DNA from: a virus
Direction: 5' to 3' (one strand)
Length of the DNA: 64,000 bases
Virus record (IMG/VR): IMGVR_UViG_3300045125_000031
Coordinates: 1-64,000 of that record
The notes under the pieces were generated by a model that searched no databases, had not been told where the DNA came from, and saw only the letters and a list, made by a program, of their open reading frames with translations. Made by a program: the position numbers and the translations under genes. Shown piece by piece: positions 1 through 10,630 of this stretch (position 1 is the first letter of the stretch; each line of letters begins with the position of its first letter).

Positions 1-5
1 ATATC

Positions 6-33
6 AGTATAGCAATAAAAAAATGCTTGTCAT
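6..33 (-). promoter_or_regulatory. Sigma70/HrdB-type promoter firing out of the left end of the window
   Basis: Minus strand reads ATGACA-N16-TATACT with an extended -10 (TGCTATACT), just downstream of the endolysin stop. Confidence 0.5.
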
Positions 34-42
34 GCTATTACT

Positions 43-683
43 TTACTTCTTGTCCACATGTTGGACAAGTTTGAGTTAGCTGGCTTAGGCTTAGGCTAGC
101 CTTGTTAGCAGTTGCTGTGGAATGCAGGTTTTTCTGCTGGCTTTACCGCCAAACTTTGGACGACCAAATCCTACAATAGAAATTTGTTCTCCAGCTTTAT
201 TTTTCTTAAATGCACGAAGTTTCTTGCAAGCTTCTCCACCATTTCTTTGGCTTCCCTTTTTAGTTCCTGAAGTATTTCCTTCAATGCACCAAACAGTTCC
301 ATCTTCATTATCTTCAATAACAATTCCTACATGAGAAATTCTATCAACACCATCTGATGGGAAATCAAAATAGGCTATATCTCCTGGCTCTGGATCTGCA
401 ACATCTCCATCAATCCATGCACCAGCCTTTTTAAATGCTGCTGCTCCTCCTGGAGTGTAAACTGTATTAGGAATCTTTACACCAGCTTCATTTGCACACC
501 AGTTAACAAATGATCCACACCATGGTTGGAAGTTTGCTTTTGTATAAGCGCCATATTTTGTTTCATTATCTTTTGGACCTTCAATATATCCAACTTGAGA
601 TTTAGCAATTTGAATCAAACGAGCAGCGCTACCTTTGGAGCTTTAGCAGTTTCTGCTGGTACTGGAAAATCATCTAGCGCCAT
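43..683 (-). CDS. Endolysin, CHAP-domain peptidoglycan hydrolase (frameshifted at both ends in this sequence)
   Basis: ORF 91..618 has CHAP motifs QPWCGSFVNW, PGDIAYF, SHVGIV and CIEGNT. An ATG at 683 with a GGAG RBS gives MALDDFPVPAETAK. The C-terminus reads ...TCPTCGQEEVK* at ~43. Confidence 0.88.
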
Positions 684-692
684 TTTTACTCC

Positions 693-1131
693 TTATCCCA
701 ATCTAGCATCTACTGGTTGTTCTGCTGGCATTGCACCATCTGGTTTTGCTGCTAAGTCTTGCTCTGACTGCATCAAGCTCTGCATCAACTTTTTTTCATG
801 CAATTGTTAATTCTGATTCAAGTTTTTTGTCTGCTTGTGTATTTTTAGCATCCATCTCTTTATTATCAAGTTGTGCCTTCATTATATCTTTAGCACCAGA
901 TTGACCAATTAATAGACCCGCTAATGTTCCTGTAATAAATGTTGCCACAGATCCAAGCACATTGAAAAACATTTTATCATTTTCTGATTGTGCTCCTACT
1001 GGTTGTGTAACAAACAATAGTCCGTATAAAATTCCCATTGCTGTAAAAAATAAAATTGATCCTAATGTGATTCCTAGAATAAACTTTAATCTAGCATCTA
1101 AATCTTGTGGTGTTAATCTTTCTTTAGCCAT
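693..1131 (-). CDS. Holin-like membrane protein, 2 TM helices plus a charged coiled-coil tail
   Basis: Two hydrophobic segments (FILGITLGSILFFTAMGILYGLLFV; FFNVLGSVATFITGTLAGLLIG). It lies immediately upstream of the endolysin and continues past a frameshift near 796. Confidence 0.6.
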
Positions 1132-1134
1132 TTT

Positions 1135-1341
1135 TTACCCCTTATTATTTTGATATTCGTCCCATACTGTTTGACCAACTAAATCTCTTGAACATGTTCC
1201 AGATGGTTCACAAATTGGTAGGATTACATTCTGTCTTATCCCAATTTGCTGGATCTTGACATGGATAACGATACCCACCATCGTAGCCACAGCTACTAGT
1301 AATAGTAGTCCAAGTAAGGCAATTCCAGCTAGTCTTCTCAT
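1135..1341 (-). CDS. Small Cys-rich lipoprotein
   Basis: Correcting two compensating indels gives MRRLAGIALLGLLL(T)SSCGYDGGYRYPCQDPANWDKTECNPPICEPSGTCSRDLVGQTVWDEYQNNKG: signal peptide, lipobox-like Cys and 4 further Cys. Confidence 0.6.
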   Translation of the reverse strand: MRRLAGIALLGLLLLVAVATMVGIVIHVKIQQIGIRQNVILPICEPSGTCSRDLVGQTVWDEYQNNKG

Positions 1342-1359
1342 ACCCACCATTATACCTAA

Positions 1360-1590
1360 TTATTCGTCTTTATCCTTAGAGCCTTTGGCCCCAAAATATC
1401 CACCAATAATACCTATTAGGCCTCCAAGGGCAGTTTGTACCAAGAGTCATAACCTCTGCAGAAACCTCTACAGGCTCACCAGTTTTGTAGATGTTTCAAG
1501 GCCGTGCAGTTACATAATCTCCAACAATTGCAGTAATAATTGCTAGTCCTACCACTAGCTGCATGAATATAAAATAACTTTATCTTTCAT
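1360..1590 (-). CDS. Small 2-TM membrane protein (lysis region)
   Basis: Reconstructed MKDKVIL...VGLAIITAIVGDYV...MTLVQTALGGLIGIIGGYFGAKGSKDKDE*. Confidence 0.6.
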
Positions 1591-1592
1591 TA

Positions 1593-1797
1593 TTATTCCT
1601 CTTTCTTCACGCAGTGGTATTGTAACAAGCCATAGAATTGTAGCAAATACTGTAGCTAATCCTACTACTTGTTGGGCTGTACCAGTAAGTGTAAGCCATG
1701 CAATAAAAAATCCAAGAATAGTCCATACTTGGGCGATACTTTCCTTTAATATGCCTCCCATATCCAATTAAAGATAATTGCCTTTAATTATTTTCAT
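1593..1797 (-). CDS. Small 2-TM membrane protein
   Basis: ESIAQVWTILGFFIAWLTLTGTAQQVVGLATVFATILWLVTIPLREE (ORF 1555..1767); start ATG at 1797. Confidence 0.6.
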
Positions 1798-3903
1798 TAT
1801 TATCCTCCTTGTCATGGCTGACTGCCAACAATATTACTTGCAATAATTACAGGAATAACTACTTCCTGTGCTTTTTCTCTCTGGTCATCTGTCATATCTT
1901 TGCCCCACTCTGATGGACTTAAAATCTTTAGATTAAATCTATATGATATAACTGCACCTATTGGATCCGCCAAAAATGCTTCTGTTTGTACTTCTGTAGT
2001 AGCATCTGCTAATGTATATGGCATTGGTGCATTCAACAGTTTCTTCTGCTCTATCTTCAAATTCTACAAGTGCTGTTGCTAATTGCTGGATTATTCTTCA
2101 GCTGATTCTGCAACTATTAGCAACTTCATCGCTTTAATTCCTAAGATCTTTGCCACCTCTGCTTTTTGCTCTCAGATGTTAATGCTAGTTAATGTCTGAC
2201 TTACAGCAGCAATTTGTTCTTTAGATAGTACTACTAGCTTATTATCTTTGCTTGTTAGATTTGCTATAACTCCAGACAGATCTTCTGAAGTTCCAGTCCC
2301 TTTTTCTGGAATTAATTCTTTTAATTCTTCATCAATTATGGTATTATCTTCTGTGATTCTTCAACAGGTACATCGGAGTTGAGCTCTGGTTCAGGAGTTG
2401 GGCTCTGGATCTATATCCGATGGCTCGAGGTGAAGGCTCTGGTGAAGGCTCAACAGTAGGCTCAGGCTCAGGACTTGGACTTGGTTCTGCCGAAGGTGTT
2501 GTTTCAGGCGTTGGCTCTGGAGTGGGATCGGTTGGTTTTGTTTGCTCAGTCGTTGGCTCTGGAGTTGGCTCAACAGTAGGTTCTAGCGAAGGTTCTGGCG
2601 TTGGATCTACAATAATTGTTGGTTCTGGCGTTGGTTGTGGTTGATTTGCTATAGCTATAGCAATTGCTGCAGCAACCCTTTGTTTTTCTTCAAAATCCCA
2701 TTGTTTATTATATTCTGTTTGTGCATCAACAATTGCTGCTTGCATTTCTATTATTGCAGTATTATAGTTATTTGTAGCAGTTGTTAGGTTTTGCTGAGCA
2801 GTTAGTTAGGTTTTGATTGAGCAGTTGTTAGGTTTTGCTCAGCAGTTGTTAGGTTTTGATTATATTCAATTAATAAATCATTTTCTGTATTGTATGTAGA
2901 TAAAGCATTGTTATAATTTGTTTGAGCTTGCTTGCTGTGCCGATACAGCTTGATTATATGCATTTATAACTTATTGACTGTGATGCCCTGATCCATAAGA
3001 TAGATATGCCCCTGGAATTCCAGTCCAAATTCCATTATATCCCCAACCAATAGTCATAATTCCTGGACCACCACCGTTATACCACCAAACTTCTAGCTCT
3101 AAAGTTTTATCTGTTGAGGTATTAAAATGTCTTGTATACGGGTCCCCATGTTCCACCTTGTTCTACCCATTGAGATGATTCAAGAACTCCATCTACATAT
3201 AATCTTAGACCCGTCATCTGTGTATGCTGCAAAATATACGTCATTAATTCCATGCTGGAACTGTAAGAGTTGCATTAAATATACCAATAATATTTTGAGA
3301 TGATCCACATATTGCACCATCTCCAGCATACTGTATAAAAATATGGAAGTGCACCCTGGCACATTAACTCCAGCATACTGGGATAAATAGGCAGTAGTTT
3401 CCATTTCTTAGATAGTGGATAATATTCTGAAATGATACGCCATTGTTAGTAGCACTTTGATGTTGTACTGATGCTATCTGACAAGTTAATATTTGCTATA
3501 TCTAAAGCATCTTGTTTGTTTTGAAGGTTTATGTAGGCAGAATCTCTAACTGATTGTTGAGTATCTACTGCTGACTGTAGCATTGTTTTTTGCTGTAGTT
3601 GCTGTTGCCTCGTCTGATACTGCAGTATCGTATGCTATTTGATTGTTATCCATTATAGACTTTTATTGTCCATATCTTGTTTAGCAGCAAACTGCAGTAT
3701 TATATTTTGATATTTGCTACATCTAATAATTCTTGTGTTTTGGCTTTGTTTTTTGTTAGGTTATTTTTATATCTGTCTGTAACTCGTTGTATGTCGTGAT
3801 ATGCTTGAACTAAAGGATCTGTACTTGCTTGAGATGTTGCCGAAAGCATCCATCCAAATGCAAATAATCCTGAAAGTATTACTCTGAATAAATTAGTTTT
3901 AAT
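1798..3903 (-). CDS. Large exported, membrane-anchored protein: signal peptide, coiled coil, PA14-like domain, Pro/Thr/Glu linker, C-terminal hydrophobic anchor
   Basis: N-terminal LFRVILSGLFAFGWMLSATSQA. PA14-type motifs YFAAYTDDGS.LYVDG and LELEVWWYNGGGPGIMTIGW. PTPEP linker at 2400-2645. C-terminal VVIPVIIASNIV...MTRR. Many indels. Confidence 0.65.
2777..2860 (-). repeat. Four copies of a ~21-nt tandem repeat encoding an (A)xQNLTT heptad coiled coil
   Basis: gcagttgttaggttttg(c/a)t.. is repeated four times inside the PA14 gene. Confidence 0.75.
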
Positions 3904-3940
3904 CTCCTCTCCCGTTGTGCTATAGGGAGATTATATCATT

Positions 3941-4525
3941 TTATTGTAAATATTTGGTATTAAGGTTGTCAATTATAAGGCCTAGTCTTGGGCCACAACG
4001 CCCCAAACCTTGTGTTCTGTTTCAGTAGGTAGATAAACTATATCTCCGGTTTTAGTTCATAAGTTTCTTTTTGATCTACTTCCCATAAAGATGTTCCAAG
4101 TATCTGCCAAAAATTGCATCGACAGTATCTGCATGATAGCCTGTAAGCCTGTCAGTCATTGATATTCTTATTCCTTGCAGAGTGCCAGTCGCTGTTACAG
4201 TTGCATGGTTTGCTTTCATAATAATCACAATTGGTATTGTCTATAGATTTATTTAATTTATATAATAATTCAGTTACACCCTTGAAAATGATTAAATATT
4301 GATTTTCTTGCCTTGAGGAGCAAACCATAGGCCTGATTGAATTTCAACATTACCTCTAAAGGAACCACCTTGATTTAAAATTCTATCCTTAAGAATTTCA
4401 TTTGGTATAAGAGACTCACTATATAAAAATTTTGCTACGTCTTCCCATGTGATTTCTCCAGTATGATACTGTTCAACAGGTTAGAACTTTACTATTTTGT
4501 TTTGCTTTTCCATTAAATCAAACAT
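3941..4525 (-). CDS. JmjC/cupin-4-like Fe(II) oxygenase
   Basis: Not in the ORF track (indels). Reconstructed MFDLMEKAKQN...RLTGYHADTVDAIFWQILGTSLWEVDQKETYELKPGDIVYLPTETEHKVWGVGPRLGL has HxD...H and the QxxG.S.W / LxPGDxxYLP cupin-4 pattern. Confidence 0.7.
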
Positions 4526-4541
4526 ACTAATTATATCACCT

Positions 4542-4576
4542 AAAAGAAAAGAGGAGCATGTTTCCCACTCCCCTAA
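4542..4576 (-). terminator. Probable intrinsic terminator after the surface-protein gene
   Basis: Minus strand AGGGGAGTGGGAAACATGCTCCTCTTTTCTTTT: an imperfect GC stem followed by a U tract. Confidence 0.55.
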
Positions 4577-4590
4577 TTGTTATGTTAGTA

Positions 4591-5771
4591 TTACTTAACT
4601 AGTGCAACCTTGGCCTTTGGATTAGCTTTGCATTCCACTTTGCAGCAAGTGCATTGAATGCCTTCTTCATTGCAGCGATAGATGCAGCAGCGTTATCTGC
4701 CTTAACCTTATCAAGTTCTGCCTTAGCAGCAGCCTGCATCAGCAAGAGCCTTATCTGCAGCAGCCTTAGCAGTTACAGCATTAGCCTTCTAAAGTTGCAA
4801 TTTCAGCAGCAGCAGTAATAGCAGCAGCATCAGCAGGCAGCCTTAGCAGTGCTGCATAGCAGCAGCATCTGCATACAGCCTTTGCAGCATCAGCAGCATC
4901 TGCACACGAGCCTTTACAATGCAGCATCTGCAGCCTTTGCAGCAAGTGCTGCATACTAGATCACGATACTGTCAGATTGCTCTGATAAAGCTACGCTGCA
5001 AGTCTACTAAGTAGTTGAAGACTCGATACTACAGCTGCGAAGTTGCATCAGATGAATTTGGAGCAGAACAACAAGGGTTGCATGAACCAGTTGTTGGAAG
5101 TGCACTAAACTTTGCAATCTGCTAAAATCTGTCAAAGTGTAGCAGCCAGTTGTAGCTGTAGTTCTAGTGTTGCAGTTGCACCAACAACGGGTGCAGTTAG
5201 GCCTTACCTGAAACCTTGTTACCAAATACGTCTGTTAGCATTGTAGCTGTTACAACACTTGATGTGCCAGCAGCATCATGTAGCAGGATGAAAGCTGCAA
5301 GATTATTAATCTTGCCAGCAGTACCCTGAACATAATATGTTAGTGTTGTTCCGCTGATTTGTATACAGCAACTGTACCAATTGCTGTTGTCTTTGTATAG
5401 ACATAAAACGTTGCAGTTGTTCCTGTTCCAGTTGCAATTGTCAAAGATGATGATCCTGACGATGCTGTTACTGGTGCAGCAGATGTGCTAGATGCAGAAA
5501 CGATTGTTGCGTTAGTTGCAACTACTGAAACAGATGTTCCTGTGTCTACTGTTGCAACAAACTTAAGTGCATCAGCATGCGTCAACTGTGTTGTCTGCTG
5601 GTACTGGCAATGCAGCTAGGTGTAGCAATTGCGGATGCTGTTGTATTAGCAGTTCCATCAAGAGTTACATGCGACTGTCATTACGGCAGCACTTGCAGGT
5701 GTTGCTACTGATTGTTGCCCGGTAGTCATGGCTGCAACCACGGCAAGAGCGATTTTCTTAAATGAATTCAT
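4591..5771 (-). CDS. Secreted Ala/Thr-rich surface protein (Ig-like beta domains plus Ala-rich coiled-coil C-terminus), host-envelope-like
   Basis: Start MNSFKKIALAVVAAMTT...TPASAA (Sec signal with AxA site). Beta-rich A/T/V body with the Ig-like motif TDVFGN. C-terminus ...AELDKVKADNAASIAAMKKAFNALAAKWNA.NPKAKVALVK*. AGGAGA RBS. Confidence 0.7.
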
Positions 5772-5800
5772 TTTTCTCCTTTTATTATTCATTTTATTAT

Positions 5801-7603
5801 TTATATTCGTTTTTAGTCTATCCAGATATGTCTTTAATATCTTCTACTTGGCTAGGTTCTATATTGTATCACGTTCTGCGTGATGCGTGTCAACTCTGAC
5901 AGGTTGTCCTCTAAATGTATGGACCTCAATCTCAAGGTTTAGAGTCTCTTACTTGTATGCGAGATATGGCACCAAATATCGCCCCACAAACAGCATCTGC
6001 TAAGGTCCTTAGATTTTTTGCGTGGGTGATCAACACTATTATTTTTCATAATCTTAAGCTCGCGTCATTTCTTCTAGAATAAAGGAATCATAGGCATTGC
6101 AATTCTTTCTTCATATATCATCATAGCCAGGTCTTCATAATGCTTTTTAGCAACAGAAACAGTATCAGTTCTCATTCCTACCGCTTTCAGCTCCTGCTGA
6201 ATATCAAATGATTGCCAACGGTCAAATGAAACTGTTCCAATATTAAATCCTTCTCTACGAAGATTTATGTATCCATTTTTTAACTTCAGAAAGATCAACT
6301 GGTCCTTCAACCTTTGGCTCCCACCAAGCAACGGCATCAACTACAACAATAGGTGCAACTTGCTCATAATCTTTAATTACTTGAATATTAACCCAACTTC
6401 TCAACATGTGCAATTGCTACATGCACATTTATCATGCTTTTGTGCAAGGTCAGCATGTACATAATAAACTTTATCTGGATCTGGCTTAAAGCTTGGATCA
6501 AATCTTCTATGAATTATCCATAGGATTTCTAAGTGTCATACACTTTCTAATTTATCTTTTTGCTTAAAAAAAGCATCTGATGAATATGTTGGGGTACACA
6601 AGCAAAGCGCATCATTGCATCTCCAAGATCAGTCAAGAAATGCAATCTTAAAATCATCTATCTTTCTAGTGGGATTTACTTCCCATGTAGGTCTTTTAAT
6701 TGCAAACATTCTAGGATATTTATAGGATTTAATGTGATCTTCTTCCCAGTGCAATCTCAAATTCATTATCTGGATCTCTTCTGGTAATTCTTCATTAATA
6801 ATAAATTTATGTCTGCGTTCTACTACATCTTTTTCCATAATTACATCTTCATACCGTTTTGAAATAAAGTCTCCATTATAACGAGGAAATGAAAGAAGAA
6901 CTACTTTACCAAGATCAGGAAAACGAGAATCTACAGTACCACGAAATGCTTTGTAAATATTGTCTGCAGTTTTACCTTGCTCATTTCCAGTTCCAACTTC
7001 TGATGGCAAAATCCAGAAATCTCATCAAGCACTGCCATAAATAAGTTAAGACCCTCATGAGATTCACGTTCTGAGTGTCCAGAGTAAACAGTAATAGATT
7101 TATCAAAATCAATAGAGTTTACTTTGGGATCATACTTTCCTGCAAACCACGGTGACTTTTCAATCTTTGTTTTAAAACCTTTAAAGAAAACATTTTTAGC
7201 CTGTTGAGCGTTGATAGCAACGTTAATAATATCAATAGCATCTCCAGATGGTTTACCAAAATACCTTGCAGGATCTTTTAAGACATAATAGTTTATATAC
7301 AACATATGCGCATGCTACTGTAGATGCAAAGTCTTTTCCAGCTACCCTTGCCAAGTTGCAAAATAATTTCATTTTTTGTATATTTCGTAATAATGTCTAT
7401 CGCCTTCTTCTGTCTCCCATAATAGTTCATTGAAGATCTTCTTTACGATAAATTTGACTCATAGCTTCTACAATGTCATATTGAATATCAGATAATGGTG
7501 GCTGTCCAAGATAGTCTGGAGACTCAACAAATGTCTTTGCATCTACTGGTGTCTTCTTCAAAATGATTATCTGCTTAAATACTTCAAGAAAATCATTGAA
7601 CAT
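5801..7603 (-). CDS. terL: Terminase large subunit (fragmented by indels)
   Basis: Walker A EIILQLGKG.GKDF, INVAINAQQAKNVFF, Walker B MAVLDEISGF, coupling motif LLSFPR, nuclease motifs YVHADLAQKHD, VSFDRWQS and DHPRK.SKDLADAVCG. Confidence 0.9.
5863..5893 (-). promoter_or_regulatory. Near-consensus promoter for the surface-protein gene, located within the 3' end of terL
   Basis: TTGACA-N19-TACAAT with extended -10 TGATACAAT; the spacer may include an indel error. Confidence 0.5.
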
Positions 7604-8134
7604 CGTGGACAACTGTAATCACCTCTCCTTCTCTAGCAATAGCAGATAGTCTTTGCATAATAATCATCACGAACCTCTGGATGCTCAGATGCAATATCTC
7701 TAAGAATGCCATCAAAACTTCTTGTCTTCTTTCAATCTCAACCATTTCTTCTGCAAGTTCTTTATTCTCAAGAAGTCCTGCTTTTTGTAGCATATCAATT
7801 CTTCTTGATTCAATATCCATAACAAGTTTAATTGCTGCAGTCTTTGCATCCAAGATTATTAGTCATGGATGCCTCATCAATAACTTCATATGACTTTGCT
7901 AATTAGTTTGCTATAATGTGTATCTGCAACTGCAAGTGCTTCTTTAGCACGAGCACGGATAGCATCATTGGCAGATGCCATAACCTTCCACTCATTTATA
8001 TGCTGATACAACACGAGTTCTTGGTAATTGAAAGATCTTTAGAAATCTTTGTTGGATCATTTCCCTTTAAGATATTCTCCAACAACATTATTAACTTCAT
8101 CAAGATGCTTAATTAAATCTTCTTCAGTTGACAA
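7593..8134 (-). CDS. Probable terminase small subunit (N-terminal HTH plus helical oligomerisation region)
   Basis: MSTEEDLIKHLDEVNNVVGEYLKGNDPTKISKDL...AAIKLVMDIESRRIDMLQKAGLL; overlaps the terL start. Confidence 0.55.
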
Positions 8135-8486
8135 GTTTATAGTCCCCCTGAGTTCCTAAATCATTTGATTTTGCTATTTTAAACAACACTCAAATATCCT
8201 ATTAAGTCATCAATATCATTATCTCCTGGATATTCTGTACCCTTCATAGTCTATTTAACTTATCATCTATGCGAACATGAAGTTGCTCTCTTGGTCCCGC
8301 CTTTGAAAATATACGTACAGGTTCAAGGGCTGAGTTACCATAAGCAATATTCTTTTTTACTAACATGTGTGCAATTTCATGGCAGGTCTCTAATATTTCT
8401 TTTCCAGCCTCTGTTCCTACTGTAAGTAAATATAAATCCTCACACTTAAAATGTTTTGAATCTTGAAATACTGGCTCTAATCTCAT
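8124..8486 (-). CDS. DUF1599 / nucleotide-modification-associated domain 1-like all-alpha protein
   Basis: MLVKKNIAYGNSA...VRIDDKLNRL...DNDIDDLIGY matches the KN.xYG / RI.DKL.R / D.L.DL.GY family pattern (recognised from memory). Confidence 0.6.
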
Positions 8487-8638
8487 CTCTTTGACTTCCT
8501 TAATCCAAACTTAGCAAGATATACATAAATAGTTTCCACGCTTACCCCACATTCTTTTGCTATAGCCTCTGGAGATTTCTTATCAATGTGATATCTCTTT
8601 TTAAGCCATAATTCACTTGTATATAGTTTAGCACTCAT
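8483..8638 (-). CDS. Small helix-turn-helix DNA-binding protein
   Basis: MSAKLYTSELWLKKRYHIDKKSPEAIAKECGVSVETIYVYLAKFGLRKSKR* (51 aa, below the ORF cutoff). Confidence 0.75.
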   Translation of the reverse strand: MSAKLYTSELWLKKRYHIDKKSPEAIAKECGVSVETIYVYLAKFGLRKSKR

Positions 8639-9255
8639 GATTCATCCTTGTCAAAACCAATAGCCTTATTCCAGTTATTTATTGACCAATGACCAATTCC
8701 ACATGCATCTAGCAACATCGTTATCTGTTATTTTTTATCATAAATAACATCTAATAGTTTTATTGTTCTTTGTTTCCTGAACTCACGTTCATAAGATTTA
8801 TACCATGAATCTGATTTTCCAGGATTTAAAGATCTAATTTTAATCTGCTCTTCTTTAGTTAATCTTTTGTTTCCTAAATAATTTTGCCAAGTAATTGGAG
8901 AAACCTTACCGATAATCTGAATACCAGATAAACCAGCACCACCCAGGATCCCACCCTGTATTAATGCAAGGTCTGCTGCAGTTTTTGGACTATTCATAAA
9001 TACTGTATGTTCAATAACAATGGCTTCAACCAAGTTGTAATGATCAAACAATGCTTTAGACTTTTTACATGCATCAGTTATCTTCTCGTATATATCTCTA
9101 CCATTAAATGTTATTTTTCCATAACAATCTAATTTTTTATATGAATATATCGCAAAAGCAAGATTATTAGTACTGGCATCTATAGAGCAAATTACTCCAG
9201 GCATTTTACCGTAACTGCCTTCTAGATATCTATCTGTTTCTTTTGCCTTTGTCAT
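8635..9255 (-). CDS. RuvC-like Holliday junction resolvase
   Basis: ICSIDASTNNLAFA, IVIEHT, VSPITWQ, and after a frameshift DNDVADACGIG: the RNase H-fold D-E-D-D set. Confidence 0.8.
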
Positions 9256-9526
9256 TTGACAATCCCTTTACTTGTTTTAAAACTTTTTTAACATCTATTG
9301 GATTAATTACACATTGATTACATAACGGCTCATCGTTGTATATAGATAATTTCTCTCCACACTGTTTACAAATTCTATTCTTACCCTTACGTTTTTGTCG
9401 TCTAGTCTGGATATATCTTTGTGCAATTTTTTCTTTAGTGGCTTGCTCTCTGCATTTTTCTGAACAATATATCTGATAGGATATATCGGATTCAAATGTA
9501 TGATCGCACCATCTACAACTTTTCAT
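9230..9526 (-). CDS. Zn-finger hypothetical protein
   Basis: CRWC...YCSEKC...CKQC...CNQC; intact 98-aa ORF translationally coupled to its neighbours. Confidence 0.7.
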   Translation of the reverse strand: MKSCRWCDHTFESDISYQIYCSEKCREQATKEKIAQRYIQTRRQKRKGKNRICKQCGEKLSIYNDEPLCNQCVINPIDVKKVLKQVKGLSNDKGKRNR

Positions 9527-10371
9527 CTTCTAGCAACTCCAGAGGTTTAATTTTAATTACCCCTGCCTCTGCTTCAGCACATGCTTTTTGGATTGGGCAC
9601 ACTTTACAAATTTTAGAATTAGATCGATAAGGTTTTTGTGGCAACTCTCGATCTTTCCAAGACTTGTGTACTGTTCTCATCCAATCAAATGCCTGGTCTA
9701 CCCACCGACGGTAATGATCGCTTACTACTACTGGTAAAGTCAACAACTCATGATTATTTTTATTTTCATAAATCATTACACCCTTGCCGACTTTCCAAAC
9801 TTTCATATAGATTAGTAATTGCATAAGATGACCCATCTTAGGCTTTCTACTATTTTTTTTGTATTCAAAACCTTCATTCATTATTGTTTTAATTTCACCA
9901 ATAATTCTTTCACCATTATGCTTAAGCATGACATCTCCATACACCATCAAAAGGTGGATCGTCTAATTTAACTCGAAATTCCATTGCTGGATGAGTTTGC
10001 TTATTATATTTTCTTTCAATTGGATCAAATTCCATATCTGTATCTAGCAGTCCTGAAGCCTCAATTGCTTCTTGAATTCTTTCATGGCCAAGAGTTCCGT
10101 TAGTTCTATTTGCAACACCAAATGCGTCAGAGTTATCATAATGAACCTGACCATCAAATGCAAGGTACCAGTATCTAGGACATTCTCCAGCGCCATAAGT
10201 TAAAGCGGATGCTGAAAAGTTTGTCTTCTTGCTGAATCTTGGCTTTGTTTTTGTCATATAGCCAGATTCTATTTCTTCTATTATTCCATCGATAAAACTT
10301 GTATCCTCTTTAGATTCAGTCTTTTTGTCTGGACTCTTTATCATTACTTGCTTCAATAAATTTTTAGTCAT
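9513..10371 (-). CDS. Cas4-like PD-(D/E)XK exonuclease
   Basis: ECPRYWY, GTLGHERIQ, G.GDVM...IGEIKT, QLLIYM and a C-terminal CKVCPIQKAC Fe-S Cys set; one frameshift near 9945. Confidence 0.85.
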
Positions 10372-10406
10372 TGTTATCCTTTGTTTGTATTAATTATAGC
10401 AGATAT

Positions 10407-10630
10407 CACTTAATTATGTATTTGAGAGCAGCACGGGACCATCTATTGATCTTGCTTAATTTCCTCTATTGAAACTGTGCCATCCATATACCCATGCAGC
10501 CCTGAATGGCCTGCGGTCTAACTAACTTCAGTCCGCCTCCACTCTTCTGGATATCTGGCATTCGCAAATATCCTTTCAGCCCACATGTATCAGATGTTAA
10601 GCCCTCATATCCTAGCCATGTACTATCATT
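10407..10630 (-). CDS. Probable small conserved phage gene, sequence garbled
   Basis: Only fragments are readable (PDI...VR.QAI...WMA...ALKYIIK*); the segment has atypical composition and an internal stop. Confidence 0.3.

Noticed and set aside
4600-5700. Recurrent extra bases (e.g. AG read as ATG) as a signature of modified DNA
   Set aside because: Error density varies in broad patches, as expected from coverage or read quality; motif specificity cannot be established without raw reads.
9513-10371. Cas4 as evidence for a CRISPR-Cas system
   Set aside because: It is a stand-alone Cas4-like nuclease in a recombination block, with no cas1/cas2 or array in the window; this is common in phages.
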